Of a stretch of 64,000 nt of DNA, positions 13,715 through 25,983 are shown piece after piece. Every line of letters begins with the position of its first letter. Position 1 is the first letter of the stretch. The stretch is taken from positions 390,261 through 454,260 of the forward strand of contig MCFH01000045.1 of assembly GCA_002104945.1 (NCBI GenBank), in the 5' to 3' direction. The stretch is from Piromyces finnis finn. Lineage: Eukaryota > Fungi > Neocallimastigomycota. Made by a program: the position numbers and the translations under genes. The notes below the pieces were generated by a model that was not told the origin of the DNA, ran no database searches, and worked only from the letters and a program-made list of their open reading frames with translations.

Positions 13715-13941
13715 TTTAAAAACATAAAAAAATAAATACAATTGTCTTTATAAAGTAAGTTTAAAAACATAAAAAAATAAATGCAATTGTCTTTATAAAG
13801 TAAGAAGTTTGTTAATTATTGAATACAACAATAATTAATATTATGGGTGATTATAATATTATAATATATTAATTATGTTAATTATTGAATACAACAATAA
13901 TTAATATTATGGGTGATTATAATATTATAATATATTAATTA
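13715..13941. repeat. Two adjacent tandem duplications (45 bp x2 at 13715-13804; 66 bp x2 at 13810-13941)
   Basis: Near-perfect direct copies read directly from the sequence. Confidence 0.85.
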
Positions 13942-14640
13942 TAATTCATTTTTTTAAATTAATTTTCTAATTATTATGATGGAAATCAATTCCGAATATT
14001 ATTTAATAATTTTGCCCATTGATCTACTCATATACTATTAGTCATTTAATTTTGACATTTAAAAAATATAGAATTAAATAATTTTATATTTTATTTTCAA
14101 TCAATAAGTATTATAGATTTATATTTAATTTAACTTAATATATACTTTTTTTTTTTTTTTATAAATTGCTATAAATTGAAATAGATTTAATTGTAGAATA
14201 TTATGAATATTATTATCAACTTTTGAATTTCTCTGCATAATCTATTTCCTAATTATTATACGAAATATATATATATTTATTATTAATATCTTAATAGGCA
14301 CGCTAAATATTTTATAACATTTATATTTTTATAGATTTCTTTATTATAAACTATATTTTAAATTTATAAAGCAATTTTATAATTATTTTTAAATATCTGT
14401 TATTAATTCTTTATGTTTTTAATACCTCTTTATTATTTAAATGAAATTTATTATATTTTATATTATTTTTTTAGTGATTTATTGATGAAATTATATAAAA
14501 AAATTGATTAACGACAATTAAATTTATTTTTAAAAATATGTATTATAAATTTAATTAAAATTGTAATGATTGTAATGTTTTGAAAAAGATTTGATGTCAT
14601 CAACAAATACTTAATAAAATTATAATGATAATTATATAAT

Positions 14641-14955
14641 CTATATAACCAATTCTATATAACCATAATTATAATTTTTGAAATACCCCGGTATCATAAA
14701 TTCCATATATACATCGTTTAGATAACATTTATAGTTAGTTTTATACAAATCAAACGAATCACAATATGTTTTACCATAATAATTATATGATTTTCTATAG
14801 TTAAAAAGAATATTATCACAAAGTTCTACTAATACCTTATTATTGTTAAAAACACAATAAGTATCAAAAAGAATATTATCACAAAGTTCTACTAATACCT
14901 TATCATTGTTAAAAACACAATAAGTATCAACACAATTAACATATAAAAATTTCAT
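14641..14955 (-). CDS. Possible orphan ORF or exon (Cys/Tyr-rich) with an in-frame 63-bp duplication
   Basis: 104 codons stay open in a stop-rich background. The 21-aa unit DTYCVFNN(D/N)KVLVELCDNILF occurs twice. No family is recognised. Confidence 0.3.
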   Translation of the reverse strand: MKFLYVNCVDTYCVFNNDKVLVELCDNILFDTYCVFNNNKVLVELCDNILFNYRKSYNYYGKTYCDSFDLYKTNYKCYLNDVYMEFMIPGYFKNYNYGYIELVI

Positions 14956-17475
14956 TCTAAATTATTATTACATTTGTAAAAAATAAATGTATTATAACAA
15001 TGTTCATTAACAGGGTTTTCTAATTTAGTAATATTTATCTAAATATGCTTTACAAATATATAATTTTATGTTACCATTTTATTTGATATTTTAATAAAAA
15101 ATGGTTTACCATATTTATAATCCAGTGAAACACAAATATTAGTTTTTCAAAAATATCTTCCATAGTTTTCATTTTTAATATTTAATACTTGTTATAAAGA
15201 GTTGTAATATTATTATATTTTAATTTCCATAGAAGTATATAATTTGAAAAAAAAAATACATATTGAATTTAACAAAACTATTTTTATTTAAATGTTACAT
15301 ATATAATTTCTATTGTTATTATTCTATGTTAAGAACTACATTATAATAAAACATTTTTTATTTTTTCTTTCATGTAAGTAAAACTTAAATCCTTTTTTTT
15401 TATTTCAATTCATATTATTTAATACTTGTCATGTGATGCATTTTAATATTCATATATTCATTGTTCCATATATTAAATCTTAAATACAAATTATTATTAT
15501 AAATAATATATTATAATATATTTTTAATTATTAAATTTAAATTAAACAATTAACTTAATACAAATTTAAAATATCTAAAATATAATCACAATATACTTGA
15601 TTTGTTATTATAATTATTAACATTAGTTTTAATATTTTCGTATAATTCTTTTTTTTTTTATTTTGTATTTTTGTTTTTATTATAAATTTTTTTTAAAATG
15701 TTTTAATATTTTTATAAATACATCTGAATTAATTTTGTATTATATACCTTAGTTTTTTAAAAATTGAATCATTCATTCATAATTTCCTTTTTTATATACA
15801 ATTAACTCAACAAATTAGGTTAACATCCAATTTTCTTTTAAATTTTAAATATTGTACATTATACTATAACATAACAATAATAACATGTAACGTGATTAAT
15901 AATTAATGATATTAAAAAAATGAAATATTTTAGTAATAAGATAAATTATATACTTTTATTATTATTATAATAATATTATGATATTTATTTATTTCTTCAA
16001 CTTTTTATTTATTTGTTTATTATTATTGAAAATTTTTTAATATTTATTTCTCATATAACTAAAGATGAAAGAATTATAAATTTTTAAATAAAAATAAAAA
16101 ATAATAATATAATATGAAGATTTAAATATATAGCTTTTTGAACTATTAAATAAAAAATAATATTTAAAGTTAAATTATAATTTTAATTCTGATGAAAAGG
16201 GATGAAATTGTTGATTGAATATTTATCCATCATTGTATATTAAAAACAACCTCATTTCATATATGAGCATTCTAGTTATTACTATTATACAATTTTAAAA
16301 TTGAATATTGTGGTAAATGAAAGGTTTGAACTAAATTTTTTAATATACCTCAATATATTAATTTTAATTTTAATTGTAAATAAATCATTTCATTATTATA
16401 ATATTGAATGTAATTATTATTTATTTTTCATATATCCTTTTATATCCTTTTTGATATTATTATTAAATTTAATGTTTTTTTAATATTAAATAATGATTAC
16501 ACAAACTCTATTTACTATTAAAAAATACAATAACGCTTTTCAGTAAATTAAATATATATTCCAATAAAGGCTATAATATATAATATCTATTACATATGGT
16601 CAGTCATTGATGGGAAAAATCATAAAAAATAAAGTTTTATCCTTATTTTAATAGAATATAAAACATATATTTTCTATTAGCTATGGAAACAAAGTAAAGG
16701 AAATAGGAAGAAATTATTCTTTTATTTTAATATAAATTTTTTAAGATTTTATTTATATATAATAAAGTTACAATAAATTAAAAATAATAATATTTAAACT
16801 TATTATTTTCATATCTTTTTTTTTGGTTCATGTTAATTAAAAATTTAATAATATTATTATTTAATATACTTTCAAATTTTAATATTAATTAATTGAATTT
16901 TATTATTGGAACATTTTCTATATAATAGTTAAAAAAGTATTCCATTCAGAATTTTTTTTTCAATTTTTTTTTAAAAAAATAATAAAAAAAAATTATATAT
17001 ATTTTATAAAAAAAGATTCAAATAAATTAAAAAAAACATTACTAAAAGAATAATACAAATTTTTTTAATAATATTTTTTTTATAGAAAAAATAAATAGAA
17101 TTTATTTTTTTAAAGAAGTAAAATAATTAAAGAAAAAATATAAGAGGTAATTAGAACTTTTATTTTAATAAAAAATAAAAATTTAATTGAAAACGCGCTT
17201 AGTTAATAGTTGAATAATTAATATATATTTTATTAATTTATAATAAAAATTTAAATTCGAAAGAGTATTAAATAAAAAAAGTTCTAAAAAAATATTATAC
17301 TAATAAAATTATATATTTTTATATATGTATATATAATATCTAAAATATACTTAATAAAAATAAAAAAAATATCATTTTTTAAAAAAAATTCAATAGATAA
17401 TTATAAATTATCAATAATAAATAATAATAATAATTTAAGCATAATTAATATTATAAATCAAATAAATAAGTCAAA

Positions 17476-19509
17476 ATGAATATGAAGAATCTTAACATCA
17501 TTTTTGCTTTCATTTACGTTGCTAATTTGGTTCTTTCATCACCAATTAGAAACTATGAAGAAACATCTCCAGCTATTATTGCTGAAGAAGAATACATTGT
17601 TTCTTCTCTTGAAGATTGTGATTCTAATGATGAAATCGAAATCAAGGGTGATAATTATGTAGTAAAGAATGAAGAAGATTGCTTATCTGGTGATGAAATT
17701 ATTAAGGATGATGAAGCTATTGTTCCAGCCGCCTCAGATTATGAAGTCTCTAATGTTGAAGACTGTGAATCTGGTGATGAAATTATTGAAGAAAAGGAAC
17801 CAGTTGCTCCATCAGTTGAAGAACCAGCTGAAAAGCCAGCTGATGAAGAATATGTTGTTGATAACGAAGAAGACTGTGAATCTGGTGACGAAATTGTTAA
17901 TGAAAAGGAACCAGTTGCTCCATCAGTTGAAGAACCAGCTGAAAAGCCAGCTGATGAAGAATACGTTGTTGATAACGAAGAAGACTGTGAATCTGGTGAC
18001 GAAATTGTTAATGAAAAGGAACCAGTTGCTCCATCAGTTGAAGAACCAGCTGAAAAGCCAGCTGATGAAGAATACGTTGTTGATAACGAAGAAGACTGTG
18101 AATCTGGTGACGAAATTATTAATGAAAAGGAACCAGTTGCTCCATCAGTTGAAGAACCAGCTGAAAAACCAGCTGATGAAGAATATGTTGTTGATAATGT
18201 AGAAGACTGTGAATCTGGTGACGAAATTGTTAATGAAAAGGAACCAGTTGCTCCATCAGTTGAAGAACCAGCTGAAAAGCCAGCTGATGAAGAATATGTT
18301 GTTGATAACGAAGAAGACTGTGAATCTGGTGACGAAATTGTTAATGAAAAGGAACCAGTTGCTCCATCAGTTGAAGAACCAGCTGAAAAGCCAGCTGATG
18401 AAGAATATGTTGTTGATAACGAAGAAGACTGTGAATCTGGTGACGAAATTGTTAATGAAAAGGAACCAGTTGCTCCATCAGTTGAAGAACCAGCTGAAAA
18501 GCCAGCTGAAAAGCCAGCTGATGAAGAATATGTTGTTGATAATGTAGAAGACTGTGAATCTGGTGACGAAATTGTTAATGAAAAGGAACCAGTTGCTCCA
18601 TCAGTTGAAGAACCAGCTGAAAAGCCAGCTGATGAAGAATACGTTGTTGATAACGAAGAAGACTGTAAATCTGGTGACGAAATTGTTAATGAAAAGGAAC
18701 CAGTTGCTCCATCAGTTGAAGAACCAGCTGAAAAGCCAGCTGATGAAGAATACGTTGTTGATAACGAAGAAGACTGTGAATCTGGTGACGAAATTATTAA
18801 TGAAAAGGAACCAGTTGCTCCATCAGTTGAAGAACCAGCTGAAAAGCCAGCTGATGAAGAATACGTTGTTGATAATGTAGAAGACTGTGAATCTGGTGAC
18901 GAAATTGTTAATGAAAAGGAACCAGTTGCTCCATCAGTTGAAGAACCAGCTGAAAAGCCAGCTGATGAAGAATATGTTGTTGATAACGAAGAAGACTGTG
19001 AATCTGGTGACGAAATTATTAATGAAAAGGAACCAGTTGCTCCATCAGTTGAAGAACCAGCTGAAAAACCAGCTGATGAAGAATACGTTGTTGATAACGA
19101 AGAAGACTGTGAATCTGGTGACGAAATTATTAATGAAAAGGAACCAGTTGCTCCATCAGTTGAAGAACCAGCTGAAAAGCCAGCTGATGAAGAATATGTT
19201 GTTGATAACGAAGAAGACTGTGAATCTGGTGACGAAATTATTAATGAAAAGGAACCAGTTGCTCCATCAGTTGAAGAACCAGCTGAAAAACCAGCTGACG
19301 AAGAATACGTTGTTGATAATGTAGAAGACTGTGAATCTGGTGACGAAATTGTTAATGAAAAGGAACCAGTTGCTCCATCAGTTGAAGAACCAGCTGAAAA
19401 GCCAGCTGATGAAGAATATGTTGTTGATAATGTAGAAGACTGTGAATCTGGTGATGAAATTATTAACCAAGCTGATGAAGCTTTAAGTGATGTTGAAGAT
19501 TCAGAATAA
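17476..19509 (+). CDS. Secreted highly acidic repeat protein (677 aa, 15 x 37-aa repeats, one Cys per repeat)
   Basis: Hydrophobic N-terminal signal peptide (IIFAFIYVANLVLS). The 111-bp unit EKEPVAPSVEEPAEKPADEEYVVDN(E/V)EDCESGDEI(V/I)N spans 17791-19467. Codon usage resembles PFL. Intronless. Confidence 0.9.
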   Translation: MNMKNLNIIFAFIYVANLVLSSPIRNYEETSPAIIAEEEYIVSSLEDCDSNDEIEIKGDNYVVKNEEDCLSGDEIIKDDEAIVPAASDYEVSNVEDCESGDEIIEEKEPVAPSVEEPAEKPADEEYVVDNEEDCESGDEIVNEKEPVAPSVEEPAEKPADEEYVVDNEEDCESGDEIVNEKEPVAPSVEEPAEKPADEEYVVDNEEDCESGDEIINEKEPVAPSVEEPAEKPADEEYVVDNVEDCESGDEIVNEKEPVAPSVEEPAEKPADEEYVVDNEEDCESGDEIVNEKEPVAPSVEEPAEKPADEEYVVDNEEDCESGDEIVNEKEPVAPSVEEPAEKPAEKPADEEYVVDNVEDCESGDEIVNEKEPVAPSVEEPAEKPADEEYVVDNEEDCKSGDEIVNEKEPVAPSVEEPAEKPADEEYVVDNEEDCESGDEIINEKEPVAPSVEEPAEKPADEEYVVDNVEDCESGDEIVNEKEPVAPSVEEPAEKPADEEYVVDNEEDCESGDEIINEKEPVAPSVEEPAEKPADEEYVVDNEEDCESGDEIINEKEPVAPSVEEPAEKPADEEYVVDNEEDCESGDEIINEKEPVAPSVEEPAEKPADEEYVVDNVEDCESGDEIVNEKEPVAPSVEEPAEKPADEEYVVDNVEDCESGDEIINQADEALSDVEDSE

Positions 19510-20757
19510 AGCATTTAATTTATGCTATTATTTTAGTAATAATTTTATTTCTAATAACAATAAATTAAATATGTATTATTATTAGAAATAAAATAAATTG
19601 TATAAAATATATATAATTTTTTTTTATAAAAGAAAATTATTTTTCATTAATTTTTTTATTTTTTTTCATAAATGTTAAAAAGAAAAAAATTTGAAAGATA
19701 AATATATTAATATTAATATATTAACATTTTTAGAATAAAAAATAATTAAAAAAAAAAAAAAAGAAATATTTAATAGTAAATAAATAATAATAAAAAATAT
19801 TTATCAATATCAATATCTTAAATTAATAAAGAAATACAAAAATTAAAAAAAAAAAAAAAAAATAGCGAAATTAAATACATTTGTAAATTATATTTTATGA
19901 TTTAGTAAATGTTTTTTTTTTTTTTTTTAGTTGCAGGTTATGTCCCATGAATTAAAATAATTATCATTTTTGAAAATTTTGGTATGTGGCACAAATAAAA
20001 TGCTGCTGAATTTTTTTTTAAATAATTTGGTAAAGTGAAGCTTTACTTTTATTTATACATAAACTCAACACAATGAAAATGATAAAATATAATAAATAAT
20101 ATTCTTTATTTTTCCTTTTTTAAATTGTAAGTAATTATATTTATTTTAAAGGACAGCTTTATAAATAAATATATGAAAAAATTATTATATTTTCATAAAT
20201 ATAATTATATCTTTTTTTTTAAGTACTCTAAATTTTATTTTAAAATATATACATTGAAATAATTATTTCTATGATTTTAAAGTTTGATTATTATTTTTTT
20301 ATTTATATTAACTTTTCACATGAGTAATATTTATTATTTAATTTAATAAATTCAAAATAAACATAAATATATGATATTATGTACCATACATAATGTAATT
20401 GTAATCAAAGAAAATTAAAGAATTTTTAAATTTGTAATAATAGCGAATCAGAAAAAAAAAATAAAATATTATTATAAAAAATGTAAAAAGTATTACAATA
20501 ATAATAAAAAAATTCCAATTACTAATTTAATTAATTTATAATATCATTTAACTGATAATATATTAAATATTAATTAGAAAAGATAGAATAGAAAAATATA
20601 TATATATAATATATTTTTTTTTATTTTATATATTAAAAAAAAGAGTATTATTTGATACAGAATTTAGTATTATCCATTTATCTTAGAAGATAGTGTCTAT
20701 AATACTTTTACTTTTTTTATAATTTAATTCATTTATTCAGAAATATAAATAAAAAAT

Positions 20758-23700
20758 ATGCAAGCACCAGTTATTGTTTTAAGTATGTTATTAATTTATT
20801 TTCTTTTATTTTTTTTTAACTCTGATGATAATTAGGTCCATCAAATTAATCAATCATCTATTTATTATCCATCACAATATTCTTGGAATTTATAAACATT
20901 GACTAAATAATGATAAAGATAATACTATTAATATATAAATAAATCAAACATGATTTAAATAATCAAAATATGGAAATATTTTTTTTTAATTTTAAATGAA
21001 ATCTATTTTACTATTTTATTATGAATTTTTAAAATATATTTGTAATTATGAAAAATAAAAGTAAAGATCAAATAAATGATCGAAATTATAGATTAAACTG
21101 TTATATTAATATTATAAATTCACTTATTATACCAGTAATGAGAAAAAAAAAAATAATTATATAAGATAAAATTAATACATATTATTCAGGATCGAAATTA
21201 TATATCATCACAATTATTATTAAATATCAATATATATATATGTATATATACATAACATAAATTTATATTATGCTAAAATATTTATTTATTATTATATATT
21301 AAAATTCATTGCATAATTTTATGATTTTTTAATTATTATTATTATATAACACTTAATAAAAGACACCAACGCCAAAAGAGAGCAAGGTAAGAAGGCTCAA
21401 TTATCTAACATTCAAGCTGCCAAGGTATAAAAAAAATTTTTTTTAATAATATAATAGAAACTTAATAAAAATCATATAAATATAAATATAAAAATGTATT
21501 TATTATAAGTTCATTGATCAACGTAATTTAACAATATTTTTAAAATTCAATAATGAAAGTCACTTTTTTTTTATTTACATAATAAAAATGAGATATATTC
21601 ATTCAACAGATATTTATTTAAAACTTATTAAATAATAATTAAGAAAGGATTTTGAAAAAATTAAAAAAAATTGATTTTAATTTTTTAATTTTATATGTAT
21701 TGTGTTATTTATATATCTTTTTAATATTATTTAAAGATTGTTTCCGATATTATTCGTACTTGTCTTGGTCCAAGAGCAATGTTAAAGATGATTTTAGATC
21801 CAATGGGTGGTATTGTTCTTACTAATGATGGTAATGCAATTTTAAGAGAAGTTGATGTTGCCCATCCAGCTGCAAAGTCTATGATTGAACTTTCTAGAAC
21901 TCAAGATGAGGAAGTTGGTGATGGTACTACTAGTGTAATTATCTTAGGTAATTCATTGTTTAATTATTATTTATCATATTGAATATTATTCTTACATTAA
22001 ATTATTATTTATTTTTTATTACTATTTAACTTATGAAATTATTATTAAATATTATTAAAATTAATAAAATTGAAAATAATCAATAACATTTTTAATGAAT
22101 ATTATAAATTTAAATTATTTTTTTGATGAAAATAGCTGGTGAAACTATTGTTTCTGCTATTCCATTCCTTGAACGTAACATTCACCCAATTACTATCATT
22201 TCAGCTTACAAGAAGGCTTTAGAAGATGCTATTTCTATTTTAGATGAAATTGCTCTTAATGTTGATGTTAATAATGATGAAGAAATGATTGCTTTAATTA
22301 AGAGTTCTATTGGTACTAAGTTCATTAGTGCTTGGGGTGATATGATGTGCAAATTAGCTCTTGATTCTGTTAGAACTGTTTCCACTGAAATTAATGGAAA
22401 GAGAGAAGTTGATATTAAGAGATATGCTAAAGTTGAAAAGGTAAATTTAAATATTTAATAGCATTATATAATAGTTAATTATGTGTTATTATTTATATAA
22501 ATATTGATATTATTTATATTAATTTTATTTTATTTTATACTAATTATTAATTATAATCAAATTTATAAAATTGTTATATTTTTTTAAATTATTATTATTG
22601 TAATAAAAAAAGATTCCAGGTGGTGAAATTGAAGATTCTCGTGTTTTAGATGGTATTATGGTTAATAAAGATGTTACTCATCCAAATATGAGACGTAGAA
22701 TTGAAAACCCAAGAATTATTTTATTAGATTGTCCACTTGAATATAAGAAGGGTGAATCTCAAACTAATGCAGAAGTTACTGATGAAAAGCATTGGGCTCG
22801 TCTTTTAGAAATTGAAGAAGAACAAGTTAAGCAATTATGTGATTCTATTATTGCTCTTAAACCAGATTTAGTTTTCACTGAAAAGGGAGTTTCTGGTAAA
22901 TATCTTCATTCCATATTTATATATATATAGTTACATTTATTATTATAGTTTTTATTGAATACTAACTGATAACAATTAAAATAATTTATAATAAAATAAA
23001 TACTAAAAATGCAATTTTTATTTTAAAATTATTAATATAATTTAAATAGACTTAGCTCAACACTACCTTATGAAGGCTAATGTAACTGCTATTCGTCGTG
23101 TTAGAAAAACTGATAATAATCGTATTGCTCGTGCTACTGGTGCTACTATTGTTAACCAAGTCGATGATCTTAAAGAATCTGATGTTGGTACTGGTTGTGG
23201 TTTATTTGAAGTTCAAAAGATTGGTGATGAATATTTCACTTTCTTAACTAAATGTAAAGATCCAAAGGCTTGTACTATTATGTTACGTGGTCCATCAAAG
23301 GATATTCTTAATGAAATTGAACGTAACTTACAAGATGCTATGGCTGTTGCTAGAAATGTTGTTTTCGAGCCAAAATTATGTCCAGGTGGTGGTGCAACTG
23401 AAATGGCTATCAGTGTTGGTTTAGCTAAGAACAGTCAAAATATTAGTGGTGTATGTTTATTATAATATTATATATATATATTATATAAAAAATGCAATGG
23501 ATGATTTAAAATATAAACTTATAACTCTTATATTAATATATTAATAATAAAAATTAGATTGAACAATGGCCATACAAGGCTTTAGCTGATTCATTCGAAG
23601 TTATTCCTCGTACTTTAATTCAAAATTGTGGTGGTAATGCTATTAAGGTTTTAACTCAATTACGTGCTAAGCATGCTCAAGGTCAACATACTTGGGGTAT

Positions 23701-24150
23701 TGATGGTACAAAGGGTGTTATTGTTGACATGAAGGAATACGGTATTTGGGATCCATATGCTGTTAAGGCTCAAACTATTAAGACTGCCATTGAAGTATGT
23801 ATTATTTTAATTGAAAATATGAATTAGATATATATTCTAAACTTCTTAAAGATAATTGTATAATTTGATATGTAATATATTAATACTTTTTATATTTTCT
23901 TTTCTTATAGTCATCATGTATGCTTTTACGTGTCGATGATGTTGTTTCTGGTATGTCAAAGAAAACTGAACAAGAACCACCAAAGCATGCTGCTGACGAA
24001 CCAGAGGTAAATAATAAATATTATAATAATTAATATATAGAGTTTATATGTTTTATTTAAATTTAATTAATATTAATATATAAATATTAAATATTTATTG
24101 ATATAATTATAATAAATATAATATAAAAATAGGGTATGCAATTAGAATAA
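20758..24150 (+). CDS. CCT3: T-complex protein 1 subunit gamma (CCT3), 9 exons
   Basis: Exons 20758-20782, 21363-21424, 21737-21947, 22136-22440, 22613-22895, 23050-23450, 23558-23794, 23911-24006 and 24133-24150 join in frame via GT-AG. Motifs: MQAPVIVL, TNDGNAILRE, GDGTTS, IENPRIILLDCPLEYKKGESQT. Confidence 0.96.
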
Positions 24151-25378
24151 ATACATTTCAGATTAACATTCATTTATTTATTTTTTAATATTTTAAGTAA
24201 TCATTTAAAATACCATATATACAAGATATTTTAATGAAACAATAATCACAAATAAAAAAAAAATAATAAGAAAGTAGAAAGAAAATTTCAAAAGCAATAT
24301 AATATAAAATATTTATAATTAAAAATAGTAATTATATAATAATAATTAATAATAATTAATAATGATAATAATAATATTAAAAAAAATATTGTATAAAATA
24401 ATTCCAAATCCAAGTCATAAAATCAAATATACAAACAAACACATATATATATAAAACCTAAAGAAAAAAAAAAACTTTTTTTTTTAATACTAATATTTAA
24501 AGCAAATAAAATTTAAAATAATTAAAAAAAAAAAAAAAAAGAAGTTTACTTTATTTGTGTATTTCGAGCTGTTATATATTATTAAAATTAAATAATATTT
24601 ATAAATAAAAAAAATTTATTTGCATTGATATATTTAAAAAATTTTGAATTTTGCACAATCTTTATATTTTTTTTAAAATTTTTGGAGAATAATATATTTG
24701 AGTTGATTAAAGTATGTTTTTTAATGTTTTCCTTATTGCCAAAAATTCACAATAGAAATGATAAGATTTAATTATTTATGCTTTTAGAGTTACATTATCA
24801 AATGTATCTTATATTTTCATATGAAAAAAAAAAAAAAAATAATAATAATAAATAGGCAGATTCAATATTATTTGGGGAAATATTAAAATATGAATTAAGA
24901 TAAATATAGAAGTATCATGAAACTGAATAAAAATCATTATGATGAATCAACAATATTAAAGCTCTCATATATAATCATTAAAATACTAAATAAATTATAA
25001 AAGATATAATTTTTTTTTAAATATTTATTGAATAATTTATTAAATAAAAATTATTAATTTCATTTAATTGTATAAATACATATAAAAAACTTTATGAAAG
25101 AATAAAAAAAATTAGAAATACATTATTATTTTTATTTAATGTTTAAAATTTTATTTTTTATTTTTAAATAATTTATTAAAAAATTATAAACTTTATAATT
25201 ATCTTCTATTAAAATAACTATTTTTTTTTTTTTTTTTTTTTAAAAAATTCTATGAATATACAAAAAAAGAGAAATACTTATAATAAATTTATGCGTTTAC
25301 TTTTTTTTTTTTTTTTTTTTCTATTGATTTAATACATTATAATATAATAATATTGTTATTTATCTTTGATTTTTTTTT

Positions 25379-25952
25379 TTAATCTTGATCTTCCATATTG
25401 GTACTATAATTATTTTCTGAATCATCAACGGTTAGATTACATTCAGAATCATTTTCAGTCTCACTTCCTGTTTTACTATTGAAATCTTCTTGTATACTTT
25501 CATCTCGTTCACTTTGAATATCTTCTTTTTCATAAGGAGTCTTTTCAATATTACTCATACCAGTATCCAATCCCATACCAATTCCTACAAATGCTCCACT
25601 TCCAAATGCTAAACCACTAATACCTCCTCTCTTTTTAACGGATGTAGATTCCTTATTCTTTTTCTTAAGATTTCCCTTCTTCTTTAATCTTGCATTTTCA
25701 TTTCTTAATTGTTGTTGCCACATTTTATAATATTCACCAGATAAATTCAAAAGTTCTTGATGACTACCTCTTTCTACGATCTTACCATCTTTAACTACAA
25801 GAATCAAATCTGCTCCAATAATTGTACTTAATCTATGTGCAATAACAAGTACAGTTCTATCTCTAGTCATTTCTGATATTGCTTGTTGAATATGTCTTTC
25901 TGTTCTTGTATCTAAAGCTGATGTTGCTTCATCTAATAAAATAATAGATGAA

Positions 25953-25983
<31 letters not shown>

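Noticed and set aside
7343-16483. Short F/I/L/Y/K-rich ORFs (7343, 7459, 10561, 16301)
   Set aside because: Their composition simply mirrors AT-rich intergenic DNA, with no codon bias or motifs.
17476-19514. Cellulosomal scaffoldin call for the repeat protein; also the long antisense Ser-rich and off-frame ORFs
   Set aside because: As I recall, gut-fungal scaffoldin repeats have a Gly plus two aromatic residues, two Cys, and a C-terminal membrane anchor, none of which is present here. The other frames are open only because of the repeat.
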